Shown: positions 23,795 through 36,300 of the stretch, one piece after another
Position numbering within the stretch: the stretch's first letter is position 1
Layout of the letters: every line of letters starts with the position of its first letter
Made by a program: the position numbers and the translations under genes
The notes under the pieces: model-generated
Databases searched by the model: none
What the model was told of the DNA's origin: nothing
Seen by the model: the letters and a program-made list of their open reading frames with translations, nothing else
NCBI GenBank assembly: GCA_043228905.1
Contig: JBHGNT010000001.1
Span: forward strand, 32,550,001 to 32,614,000
Reading direction: 5' to 3'
Source of the DNA: Azolla caroliniana
Lineage: Eukaryota > Plantae > Polypodiophyta
Length of the DNA stretch: 64,000 nucleotides

Positions 23795-26564
23795 CTACTG
23801 TCCACTGTTTTCGAGTTCATGGATACGGAAAAAGTTACTCTTTAGAATATTCACTAAACAAAAAAGAATGATTGACACTTAATTTAATAAAAAAGAAGGA
23901 ACTTCAACCTGACTCACTAACTACCATTGCTATGAGAGGATACGTTACATGGTCTTACCCTGCCATTCCCATACAACTTTAGACTCCCCTTTGACCAATT
24001 TCGGATATTGATCAATCCGTGAGTCTCTATTCACCATTTGCTCAACCTATTATATAAGTTGCCATCATTAGATTCTACTGAAAATAAACATGTATCGTTT
24101 TACATTCACTCTTTTTTTGTGAAAAAATATATCATCAGTGGAACATATCATATACCATTGACCAAGCCGAGTTATTTTGTCGTTCCTGTGGCGTAAGAAG
24201 GTGATCACGAAGATGTGATGTGACAACCCATGTTTCTCTCCCTGATGACTTATGATGTGCTTTCTCTTCCAATGTTTCACAAACCTGCAACAATCCGGAA
24301 AAATATGTTATGGGCAAAAAGTTCTTATGGCTCATACCAAAAACTGATCAAGAGCTTGATGCAAGCTAGTGTTTCGAGGGCAGAAGATTCAAAATATCAT
24401 TGAAAAACAAAATTCTTGAATTCTCCTCATGATACAAAAAAACCAACACTTTCCTGCAGATACAACTCTTCAGCCCGAATTGAATGTTTGTGTTTATGAT
24501 ATAACTGAGAAAGGATTTTCGCAACTAAGAACACCTGCAAATCAAGTAGGCATTAACATCATAAAGAATCCTTAACACTGTAAGAAGGCATTTGTAAACA
24601 GTAAAAGCAAGAAAATGTCACATACTGATGATGCAGTAACAAGTAATATAACGTAGTTATAAAAAATCCACTGTTGCAAGCAGCAGAAATACGATTTGTA
24701 ATGCTCTCGTAACTCAATAGGACATTGTAGCTCCAATAAACTAAAAGCATAGACAATGATCATTCAATTTACACATATATAAACAGAATCAAGAATCAAG
24801 AATCACCAATCCAGAGAATAGCCATAAAGGAATAGCAAAAGTAACCAAGAACAAATAGAAAATGAATACTAATCTAGGAAAACAATTAACACACCCATCT
24901 GAAATTCTCCTTTCAATAAGTTGCTTCTTTGCGGCTTTCACACCTTCTTCTATGGCAAGCCTGAATTTTGAAGGATCTATCATCAATTGTTTATCTATCC
25001 CAGAATTTTCCACAAGTAAAACCTCCTCATCCTCAGGAACCTGCACTGAGATATAATTAAATGTCAGTTTCCATATAATTGGACATAACTGACTGTCAAA
25101 GATGTGCACAGTTAATGCAATAGAAAGCCATGATCTTTTTATGAACGCACAATGCTTTTCTCCGAATTATATAACGCAAGAAGAATTAAAGAATATGCAT
25201 TTCGAGGAAAGGTTCTGCTCTATCAGTTTCATACACAGGATTGTTCCCAAGATTATGACATTCATTTTATAATCTGGTTGGTTGAGTAGGTTGTAATTTT
25301 TATTTTTTTCAATTTGCCACATTTGCAATGAAATGTTTCAAAAGGTGATGAAGTGGTCACCCCTTTAATATTGTCTTATTATCTACATTTATGATACAAA
25401 TTAGTCAAAATGACTAAGGAGCTAAACACTTTGAGAAAAGAAAAAACGGCAACCATGCTAAAATAAAGTGATCCAGGATAGAAGCAAACCCATTCAAGCC
25501 CAGTCCATTGGCAGAGAGGAAAGGTGAAATGACCACATACATGCTGCATTACATAATTTTCCTGCAAAGAGAAAAGCATAACAAACACACATGAATGCGC
25601 ATGCATTTTCTTGAAACTGTATGCTTGGAAAACAACTAAAAAACAGAACTTTGCGGAGTAAGAACTATGTATGGAAACACCTGCATTTTCCCAAAACCAT
25701 GTGCAGCATGGACAAAAAGATTAAAAATAAAACTTAGCATAAGACTTACAACAGCTTTGACAGCCTTGTGTGCTTGCTGATCCCTCAGACACGCTCTTCT
25801 ATGCTTGTTAAATCCAGGTAGACATTGCAATTCACCACCATAACATATCCCATTCTCTGGACAAGACTGACATGCTCCTGGATTCAATATCATACAGCAT
25901 AGATTTAGATACACCTTTTAGATACATAGCTTTTTGCAAGTCTTACTCCTAGCAGCTTCAGACTCAAATCCAGCAAGACTTCTTCACAACCTATAGACTT
26001 TATTTTCATAATTTCTTCTTGATAGAGCAATTTCAACACATATTTGGGAGTGAACGCATTTGTTAATGTGCGATTTTATAGAAACGGGTAAATAACTACA
26101 TCGACAAAATACCAAGGACAGGTCTTGCACATCATTCAAAAATAAAGAAACACGTATTGTCTTTCTAAGAAGGCGGAAATGGTGCATCTGTGGTTGTTTC
26201 CGCAGGTTGTTCAAAGAGGTGAAGAAAAGACGGATGCCTTGTTTACAGTGAAATGGAAGGAAAACGAAGAGAACAGAGCGAGAATGGAACAGGAATGAGA
26301 GGAGAGGGGACAGTCACCCAGTTGCTGCTGCTGCTGCTGCTGCTGCTGTTGATGATGGTAAAGGTGAGGGATGAAGGTGTCGGCGATGGCGATGGCGGAG
26401 TGAGCACAGAAGGGGAGAGAGCGGCGCTTGTAGGATTCGACGAGGGTGATGCCGAGGGAGGCGACGACGGCAGCGATGGCGACGACGGCGAGAGACTGAA
26501 GAATCTGATCACGCAGAGCCTCCCATGCCAACGCCTCCTGCACCTCCCCACGCCGCCGCCGCAT
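23795..26564 (-). CDS. MAN1: Man1/Src1 C-terminal (MSC) domain inner nuclear membrane protein, plant MAN1-like (9 exons, ~354 aa)
   Basis: Exons are 26564-26318, 25877-25750, 25561-25490, 25040-24895, 24740-24626, 24534-24454, 24284-24156, 24046-23959 and 23853-23795 (1065 nt, phase-consistent). It has two TM segments, luminal CQSCPENGICYGGELQCLPGF, and C-terminal EELYLQVCETLEE..WVVTSHLRDHLL..DSRIDQYPKLVKGESKVVWEWQ. The intron 6 donor is non-canonical or shifted (see findings). Confidence 0.92.
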
Positions 26565-27926
26565 CTCTCTGTTCTCTCTGCTCTCTCTCTCTCTCTCTCA
26601 GTCTCAGTCTCTGTCTCTGTCTCTGTATCTGTATCTGTCTCTGTCTCTGTCTCTGTCTCTCTCCATACACATACATACGTATATACTTCCATATACATAC
26701 ATACATACATACAGTCTTACAGAGTCCAGACAGACAAACGTATATAATTTCGTATACACACCCATACACACATGTACGTATATGTAGTTCCCTCTCTCTT
26801 CATCTTCTTTCTTCTTCTAATTCGTTTGTTTGTTATATAGCCTTATAGGTGTGTGTATCCATAGTATTAACCATACGTACCATACGTGCATTCGCGTAAG
26901 AAAAACACCCCTCAGAGAATGATCAATACCATACCTTTGGATTAACTATTTATTATGAGGTAAATAAGCATAAAAAATGGAAAAAACAAAAAAAAAAAAC
27001 ATTAAAAAAAAGGGGGGGGGGGGGAGAAAATAAAAATAAAAATGTTTGAATAACACTCGCATTTGTTTTCCAACGTAAGAAAACGAATGTTATGCTATAC
27101 GAACACGAATTTTACGTACTATGGGTGTATGTGTGTATATACATAGCTAGCCGAAAACAAAACCCGAAGAAGAAAATGTATTCTATAGAGATGAGTCTCA
27201 GTTAGGAACGAGCACATGCATTCAACCATACTTGTCATTGTATCAAGCTTTGTTGTAAATTGTAATAACCTAAGGAACTTCCTCAATTAGAGTCATTGCC
27301 AAAGAAATAATGTCTGCGGTGTATTTATGTAATGTATGTGGATTCTGTGCTTCACTTCTTTGCAGAGTATTCATTTGAGTAAAATTCGTTATGATCTTTT
27401 TTGTACTTCTTACTTCCTCCTCCTCCTCCTCCTCTCTCTCTCTCTCTCTCTCTATATATATGTATGTATTCCTTGGAAATTTTTGTATACATGTTACATC
27501 CACTATGGGAGATTTCGCCAAGATATAATTTTGGGGGATTAGAAAGGCAAAAACAAAAAAAAAACTCACGCACTCCCGGTGTGTTCTCCCCCATGCTAGA
27601 TTTCCACAACATTTTACGTTCGTGTTGTTCCATCTCGATTTCATCAATCCGATAATGACATATCTATATATCCATCTAACTTAAATTGGCAAGTGTGGAT
27701 AGATTGAGGGCCAATGCTGTTTTTGCTTGTGCACTATGCTATCGTATGTCCGGCCGTCCAACATCTCTCTCAATATATTAGCGCCTAGTGCACCGACCGG
27801 ATCACATGCCGATTGAAACATTTGGAAATGAGTTCCGTTCCGACCTTTTAATGGTTCATATGATTGTTTGGGCACACCCAATTATGCATTGGATTAAGTC
27901 AATTAGGTTGTATTTATTCCACCTTA

Positions 27927-27967
<41 letters not shown>

Positions 27968-27973
<6 letters not shown>

Positions 27974-28040
27974 GTTGTAACCCAATTGTCTCATGGGCCA
28001 AATTTGGCCTTAGAAGACGTTAATATATCTTTCTTTCTTT
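27968..28040 (+). repeat. Dispersed ~75-bp repeat; second copy inverted at ~50805-50876
   Basis: ATTTTTGTTGTAACCCAATTGTCTCATGGGCCAAATTTGGCCTTAGAAGACGTTAATAT is nearly the reverse complement of ATATTAACGTCTTCTAAGACCAAAATTGGCCCATGAGACAATTGGTTTACAACAAAAAT. Both copies sit next to CT/GA microsatellites. Confidence 0.8.
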
Positions 28041-31000
28041 CTTCTTCTTTCTCTCTCTCTGTCTCTCTCTCTCTCTACCTCTGGACTAGATTTCCCTCTC
28101 TCCCCCCTTCTGGATGACTAGCAATTTGTCTGTTTTTTTTGTTGTCTATTTTGGTATCATGTGGGTCAATGCAGGCACATTAATCCTTGTAATGGAAGAT
28201 ATATATGGCCATTGTCTCACCAATTCACCTGCATTAGCTATGTTCTAAAAGCTTCATTAACAGCAGAACTCTCCTTAATACATACATACATACATAGGAA
28301 TGGTCCAGATCTTGAGGAATATAACATTCACATTCCCCTCATTAAATTTCTTCAACCATGTCAATACATACATACATAGGAATGGTCCAGTTCTATTGAC
28401 AGTAGTAACACGAGTGTAGAAGCAATAATCCCCAAAAAATCAACCATCCCCACCAATTATTTGCAGCAATGAAGAAGGGCTTTCATTGATTTCCATCAAC
28501 ATTTGCATAAGCTAAAGGACTATAATTAGTTTGCGGAAGGGGCAATATTTGTACACTAAATGAATAACTTTGATCAATCCAAGAGCACCTTTTACACTGA
28601 GCGAATCAGATATGATTTAAAATTTAAGCTCTAACATTATTGTGAGTATGCTTCATCACCACCACCATTCACTCAATTAGGCTTCATACATCCAGAATCA
28701 AAGAAAGTAATGCTTTGGTGATATTTCTTATCGGCTACGTGGGCATAGAACCCACATGGCATGGTTCGAGATAGGTTTCAAAAGACACACCGGAGATGCA
28801 ATGGAACTAAGTATGTTCTGACAAAGTTGTTTAATGAATTGATCCAATGTCTTCTTGTGATGGTATAATAAAACAAATGATCAATCTAGAAGGGAGAATG
28901 GAGTATGATCCTCTATGATTAATGGACATCATAGTAGTAGTCTTAACTCATTCTAGCATCTATGTGTCTTCATGATCGATTACGAGGTCAAGTGTTGTTT
29001 TGTAGTGCAAGAGAAAAGCACCTAGGTTGTAGGCAAACAATGTGCAATCAAAGAAGGACAAACCATGACTGATGAGGCTGATGAAGTCAAGGAGAAGGGT
29101 TACCATTGACTTATGAGAGTAGGATATAGGGAGGGCGTAAGAGAGGATTCTAATGAAGCTAAAGGTGAGGATCTCTTGACGGAAAAACTTGCTAGTTGTT
29201 ATGATGATGACCAAATGCGATAGTTGCCGAATGGCATAGTGGAGTTGTCGAAAACCATACCATAGCCTAATTGTCACTTTGAGGAGCACGAACCAAAGTA
29301 GCCCCAATGTGTTGGATAAATATGAAGTGATGATCCCAACGATCCATATGAACGGTTCTGCGCCTACATATAACATTGTTATGAGTATTGCGATTATAAA
29401 GCATGTCGTTGCTGGACTTTGTGGTGTCGAATGATACCCATAAGTATGATCTCCTAGTGCCACAATGGCACACATGATCTACCAAAGTCGGAATCCTCTT
29501 CTTCTTCTTCGATTACAATCAGCAAATATTCAAGAGTTTGTGTTGAATCTGTAGATCATCGGGAGCCAAGTCCAACAAACTCTCTCGCTCAACATACCCG
29601 GACTCGAATTAACATCGATTTACCCTCCGAAGTCTGAATACCTCTCTATCTTGGCCATCAAATCACCTCCCTATTCATTATAATTGATGGCAGGGATTGA
29701 TTTTGTGTCTATAAACCTCTATGTCTCTATATTATATTTGTGGATGTAATTTCTCTCTTTATGTTACTTACACATACATCCTTTCTCAATTAAGCCTGGG
29801 CTTGAACTTTGAAGAGCACCCCTCTTGGCTTTGCACCCTTTTCATAACTAAAGAGGGAGGGTGGGTTAGTTAGTTAGTAACAAAAGAAGGCAGACTTACT
29901 TCTTAGTGGAGTGAAGACTTCATTTCATTTGATAAAACTCAGAGAAAACAGACAATAATGGCAGTTGCCAACTTGCCACATGTCTAAACCCAACAATCTT
30001 TTACCATTTCTCCAATATAGTTGTTATGGATATACATGGGTTAAAAACTTAAATCTAAAAGAACCAACTTTACAGAGTGGCTTGTTTGTCCCCCCACCTT
30101 TTGAACAACTCAATGCAGCTTCTGATCAATTAAAAAAGATTAAGGCACTTTATGCAAACATTTTCTTCTTCTTCTTTTGAAAGAAACCCACCCACCCTAA
30201 CACTTTGGAGCATCTAGAATTAGTGGCTCCAAATCTATGGTCACATATTAAAGAAGACATCTCTGGAGCCAAGTGAATGAGGAGCCTCATCACAATTGGG
30301 ATGTACCTCTTCCCACAAGAGGAAGGAGGAGGATGTATTCCTGCCCTCGGGTTCTAATGTTAACAAACTTGAAAAATCATAATTTGGTGAACCCGACATG
30401 ACTTGGGGGACACATCCATATTTCAAACATAAAAATCAAAATAGAACAATGATCTCATGCCATACCCCGGAAACACTCACGATGATAAAATGTAAGATGG
30501 AAATATCAAATTTTGTTGCATCGTCTTATAATATCTTACCTCACAACAATAATACCATAAGATCGAAATATGTCAAAAGTTGTATGAAACTTTTGTGACA
30601 CGATTTGAGATTCATCCAAAAACTGTCACCTCATTGTTATACACTACAATAACCTATGTAACATGCTATTACCCTCTTGTGAGTCGTAACTAAGGGTCCA
30701 ATCTCTTATGGTGCTGAGAGATTAGGAGGAGAGGATTGGGCACATGGACTTAAAAGTGCAATGTAGCTCTAGATAAGACGTTTCCAATTAAATAGAGAAA
30801 AGAAATTTTGAATCTTGTAAAAATAACTTTCAATGTATAAATTACAAAGATCTAAAAGCTAACCTTGTCTCTAGAAACTATGGTGCACATGCACCTACAA
30901 AGAACTCGAGATTTGTGAGCCGAACGACATAATGAACATGCATCGACTTTAATGGAAGACTTTTTGACAAATGAAAGATAGTGTGGTAAATTGATGTTTG

Positions 31001-33387
31001 GAAAATTGGTAGCAATAGAAAACATGACAAATCAACTCATTAGCAATGTGTTAAACACTCGAGATGCCAATGAAAATGAAATAAAATGCCATTATCGAGA
31101 TCAAATAAAATATTTCAAAGTTTACTTGAATAGTTTTTAACGGATAAAAACTTGTAGTTTGACAAACAACATGATATACTTGTGACAAAAAAACCATATT
31201 CAATTTTTAAGATAACAAAAATGCAATATGGTAACAACATAGTGAGATTAACAAATGTTAGATTGACCATTACAAATTATTTATTGATGGAAACTATTTT
31301 AAAAACATGTCAATCTTATTAGGACTTTTTGGAGGAAAAAAAAATCTTATTAGGATTATAAATTTCTAACTTGGCAATCCTTTCGCATTCTAAAAATATT
31401 GTTAATTTGTCCTTTACATAGTAGAACAATTTCTCATTCACATAGTAAAAGATAATCTCTCTCCTTTATATTATTTCTCGTGAATCAAGGCACATGAAAC
31501 CTTCCCAAAATCATTGCACAACACTTGCAACCACTCTCTTGTCCAAATCTTTATCATAATACTTTTGGACAAAAAATCTTCCTAGATTCAAATAAGTCAT
31601 AGTCCTTTCTTAAATCTATATCAATAGTACAACAATCAAACTTCTCAAATAGCTTTGACATAAATGGACCATATGTGCATTTGGCCTGGCACACATTTCG
31701 TGTGTATTTATTCAACATCACCTTTATACATTGCATACAAATATTGGTGTGAAATGCATTCAATATCCATAGAAGTAATTAATACATTCTCATTAAGTAC
31801 CATTCTTGTGAAAGAGGTTCAATATGTATAACAAAGACCAAATTACCAATGAATGCCAAATGGAAAGTTTCAATGATTGATTGAAAATTACTATTTAGAT
31901 TATCCTTGATTCCTTTGTTTCTAATGGATGTACTTGAGTCTATATGAGGCGTTACATTTGTGCTCAACAAAACAAAAGTGAAACCTTACTTATAATGAAT
32001 CAATATTGATCTAACCTATTGTAATTACTTACATTAAAGATAGCATATTTTAAATTTCAAATGTTGAGTTGAAACTTAACATATAGCGTAAAGAGGAAAC
32101 TCACGACTCATCAAGGAATAAATTGATTTGGTACATATTGCATATGTTTCTGTATATGCAATTCATTTCCAAATCATGAGAATCATCCTTACTAATTGCT
32201 ATAGCTAGAAACATATAAACTATAAACATTATGTAATTATACCATATCGATTATGGCATATGTTATGTTATATTTTGTGGAAGCACATTTACAAGTACAA
32301 CCCTACTAGTCTATGGCCAATGAGTGTATCCCCTCTCTTCTCTCTTTCAAAATGATTTTACATGTGAGGTCACATTTTGAAGGCCTTGGACGTGTGGACA
32401 ACAATCAAATCCTATCATTCATCTATAATTAATGTGCAAATAAGTTATGTAGCTAACAATGATTGGTTCTTAACAATTATTGCATTATTGGTTTAATATT
32501 CATCAACTTTGCTATTAGTCAATTTTATAATTAATAGATCTCACATATATTTTTGTACTCTAAGGTGTGTGAAAACAATTGTCAAGGTGCAAGTTATAGT
32601 ATACCTCAAAAGCACCTATTGAGATAGTGACTAGTAAAAAAGAGTTGTTAGTTTGGAAAGACAACATGGTTATGTGAAATTCTTATGAGTCCTAAGTGTT
32701 CCAAATTTTAATAGTTCATTTCTACTAGCTAATGTTAAGGAACGTTTGAGAACATCAAGCTCATACCTATGTGGATCATGGGGGGGGTGTTGTAAAACAT
32801 TGTGGGTTATGGTAAGGCTTGATTGTAAATGAACCTTTCCTAAACATCCAAAAATAGACAAAAATGTGAAAAAATACTTGCGAATGGCATGTTAGTGTGT
32901 CTAAAAACAGGAGATTGCGACATGGTAAAGCACAACTTGAAATATATTTGCATTTATGCTTTCCAATGTCCCTCTAACGTTTGATTCTATATTCACAAGG
33001 CTATTAGGCCGAAATTCTAATTTTCAATAATACAAACATTGCAGGCATGCATGGTGGTAAATCGTGTGTTGAATTTGACAATAAAACTCTTCATAATTGT
33101 TCATGAGGACTATTGAACTATAGAGGATGGATGGTTTTTACTACTTACATATTACCACATCTCCACAGTCCACAAAACAGTGAAAACAGTTACACACCGC
33201 TGAAGATGCAATGCTAACAACTCCATTCATCGTGCCATTTGGTGTGTTGTACAACTCTGCCCCTATTTTAAGTAACAATGGGTTCCATGTTTTCCAATTG
33301 ATTGAAACTCGGGTACAATTTCCCAGTTGTTTTTCCTCTCATCTCCAAACTCCACTCCATGAAGAGATCCTAGCACTAGTATGGGCT

Positions 33388-36300
33388 TCAGATTGGTGTT
33401 GCTACGGTTTGCCCTGGAGATGTTTCAAGTATTCCTTGACAAGCATTCTCTGTTGCCTCAATATCTGAAGGCATTGGATATGGGTCCTCTATCACTTGCA
33501 CGGGCTCAATTGCGGTGAAGCTGAATAACCGAAGCCCTAGTGCCAAGCACTTGAAACACTCTGTAAAGCTCGGTTCGCCTTTCTGTATCTTTTCCAAGGA
33601 TTCTTGAGATAATACGTCTCTGAGTGTCACCAGTATACTCGCATGGAACTGTAAATGTCAACAATCATGAGGTTTCAAAAATGTTATGTGTCCCTTCTTT
33701 TTTTCTTTTTTTCGAGAATGAATTGATGTACTGGAATTAAAAATGCCGTATGTAGTCCGTTGGCGAGTCATCTAATGGTTAATGCAATGATGTTAGAGCC
33801 ATGAGATCCTGGGTACAATACTGCAAAAAGCATGTGTAAGGGACACTTAACATGCTGGTGTGAGCCATGTAGATGGACACACCCCCAAAGAGCCAAGTGA
33901 CTTGTGTATCGAACTCAATGCTCCTGGGAGAAATGCCCTACATCGTACTCAAGAGGCGCCTAACATGTTGGTGTGAGAATGTTAATGGAAAAATAATTAT
34001 AAAAGGTAATTTTTTGTATGACCATGTAGATAGACCATTTTCCCGAATTAATCCCCCACACAACAGAAACAAATATAAAAGAATGACTATATTGTAACAT
34101 TTTAACTAATTGATAAATTAACTAATATTCAACTTTAAGAGTAAAGATTAAACCTCTCCCAGTAACTCTTCTCCATATTCTGCTGATTTGTCTGTTGCCA
34201 CAAGAAGCCCATTTCCTTTGGCTTTGTACAGGATTGTCTTGATATTTTTACTCTGTGAATATTTACAGAATAGTATTAGTTTTTGCATTAATATTTTAGT
34301 TACTTCTTATATACATTGTTTATAAGATTTTCCAAAATACAACCTAATACATGGAGCTGATCAACACTGACCACTCTTTGATGTAAGAAATAAATGTACT
34401 TTAACATTAATGTTCCATGATAAGCCTAAAAGCACTACCACATATTGACTCTGTTGCAATTTGATCTCATATTGATGTAATAAAATGATCTACTATTTTA
34501 TCACTCAATATGTATTTTAGAAATCTAACCCTAACACTGTAAAATGGAATACTACCTTCTCAAATGTTGGTGGGAAGCGCAATTCCTCGATTTCCAATAT
34601 TCTTACCACGCAAGAATCTTTACCAGCTATGGGGTTCCATTTGCTACTCGCAATCGCACATGTGGGAATTGCCAATGCAATGTCATCACATGTATAATGT
34701 TCCACCATTGCCTCCTTCACAACTAACCCAAAATTCTGAGTGTGAGATTCTTTTAGAGTCATTAATTCTCTATCGCAATAAAAAAAAATGTCATATACAC
34801 AAACATCTTCAGGGTTAATATAAAATACCCCTCATGTAATAGGCAATATCAACATTTAGGGGTAATACGAAAAAGGAACTGTACATACTGCATATAAAAA
34901 AGCAGGACTCTAGATATTAATATTTCAAATGAAAAAAAGGAATGACAAATTACACTTCAAAATGTCGCTATAAATACCAATCCCCTCTTGCATTCAACTT
35001 TTCTCACCTTAATTGGTGTTTGGAAAAATTGGGCATCATCATCTTCAGGCATCAAATGCAAGCCACATTTTGATAGTCTCTGTTACCATGCAACACAACA
35101 ATATGATTGATCCATATGTGATTTCATTCTCAACTTTCATGAAGTTTCACCAATGAGACTATATATATATATATACTATTTTCTTAATGTATAATGTCAT
35201 ACCTGGAGAAGGAGTATTGGTTCTAATTCTTCTCCTATAATATGTTTGCACTCTGGAAATGGCGTTTCTAGAAGTTTGCACAAACCACTCCCAACTTCAA
35301 TTCTGATAATGTTTCCATGGGTGTCCAATGTGAGAATAGCTTTATTTTCTGTTACAGGATTCAAAATCCATGATTGATATGGATAGTATTTCACTCTGCT
35401 CTGCTCCAAAGAAAATCCATATAAATCGCATTTAGTTTATCATAGGAACATATATGTTGGGTTCAATCTTTCTGGAAAATGATAGTTTTTTTTGCCAAAA
35501 AACGATATTACATTAGTATTAAGAAACGCCCTATGGCTATACATAAAAGATATACCGTTCAGTAATGAGCCCCTTTCTAAATTCTAATTGTTGGCTTAGA
35601 TAAATACTTCATGTAGAGTTGAACCACTCCACCTTATCAGAAATCTGTCTATAAAATATTCCTTTGTCCCAAATGGCATGAAACACCAATCGTTTGAGCT
35701 CTGCCTATTGCGTATTACCTTTTATGTTATCCAAAGAACCTCTGAGATTATGCACAATCTCTGTCCAAATCCCAGAAATTATTTGGGCAGGTCTTTCAGT
35801 TACCATATTGATGATATGATATGAATTCATGGTTTAGCCATAATGATAAGGGATTGGAATTGCCCTAGTCATCTCTGACGACGATGGGTTATACTCCATG
35901 ATTCATTAAATCCTTCATTAATGCACTGATAAACACTGAAACCCAAATAACTGAATATAGTCTTATCAATGTGGAAAGAATATATAACATGATTCTTCAT
36001 ATATTTGGGCTAAACACTGAAACCTTCTAGAAACATACTTAGCAAGACGAGTTTAGAATGGGTCCAACTCTCCTAATAACTGTATTTCTTTTTTCTGGCT
36101 TCAAGGCTATTTAAATCCCAAATTATGCACTTGCATCAATCTTTCATCTGTGCTGCCAACAATTGATGTCCCCTTAAACCAATCATTCACCTTTGCATAC
36201 CAAAAGTTGGTTTAACCTTCTTTCCTAACACTAACTGTACAGACAAGGCAAGAGCACGCCATCAGTGGCAGTGCCTAGGCTGCACCCATTGGCAAAATGT

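Noticed and set aside
26243-26848. Several overlapping ORFs over MAN1 exon 1
   Set aside because: They are alternative-frame or antisense readings of GC-rich exon 1 and of CT/GTCTCT microsatellites.
28400-29700. 171-aa hydrophobic minus-strand ORF (28960-29475) and surrounding coding-like DNA
   Set aside because: No recognisable domain or splice structure. It is probably a decayed TE, but I cannot assign a family.
31500-31970. Short minus-strand ORFs possibly from a transposase relic
   Set aside because: No diagnostic motif, TIR or TSD recognised.
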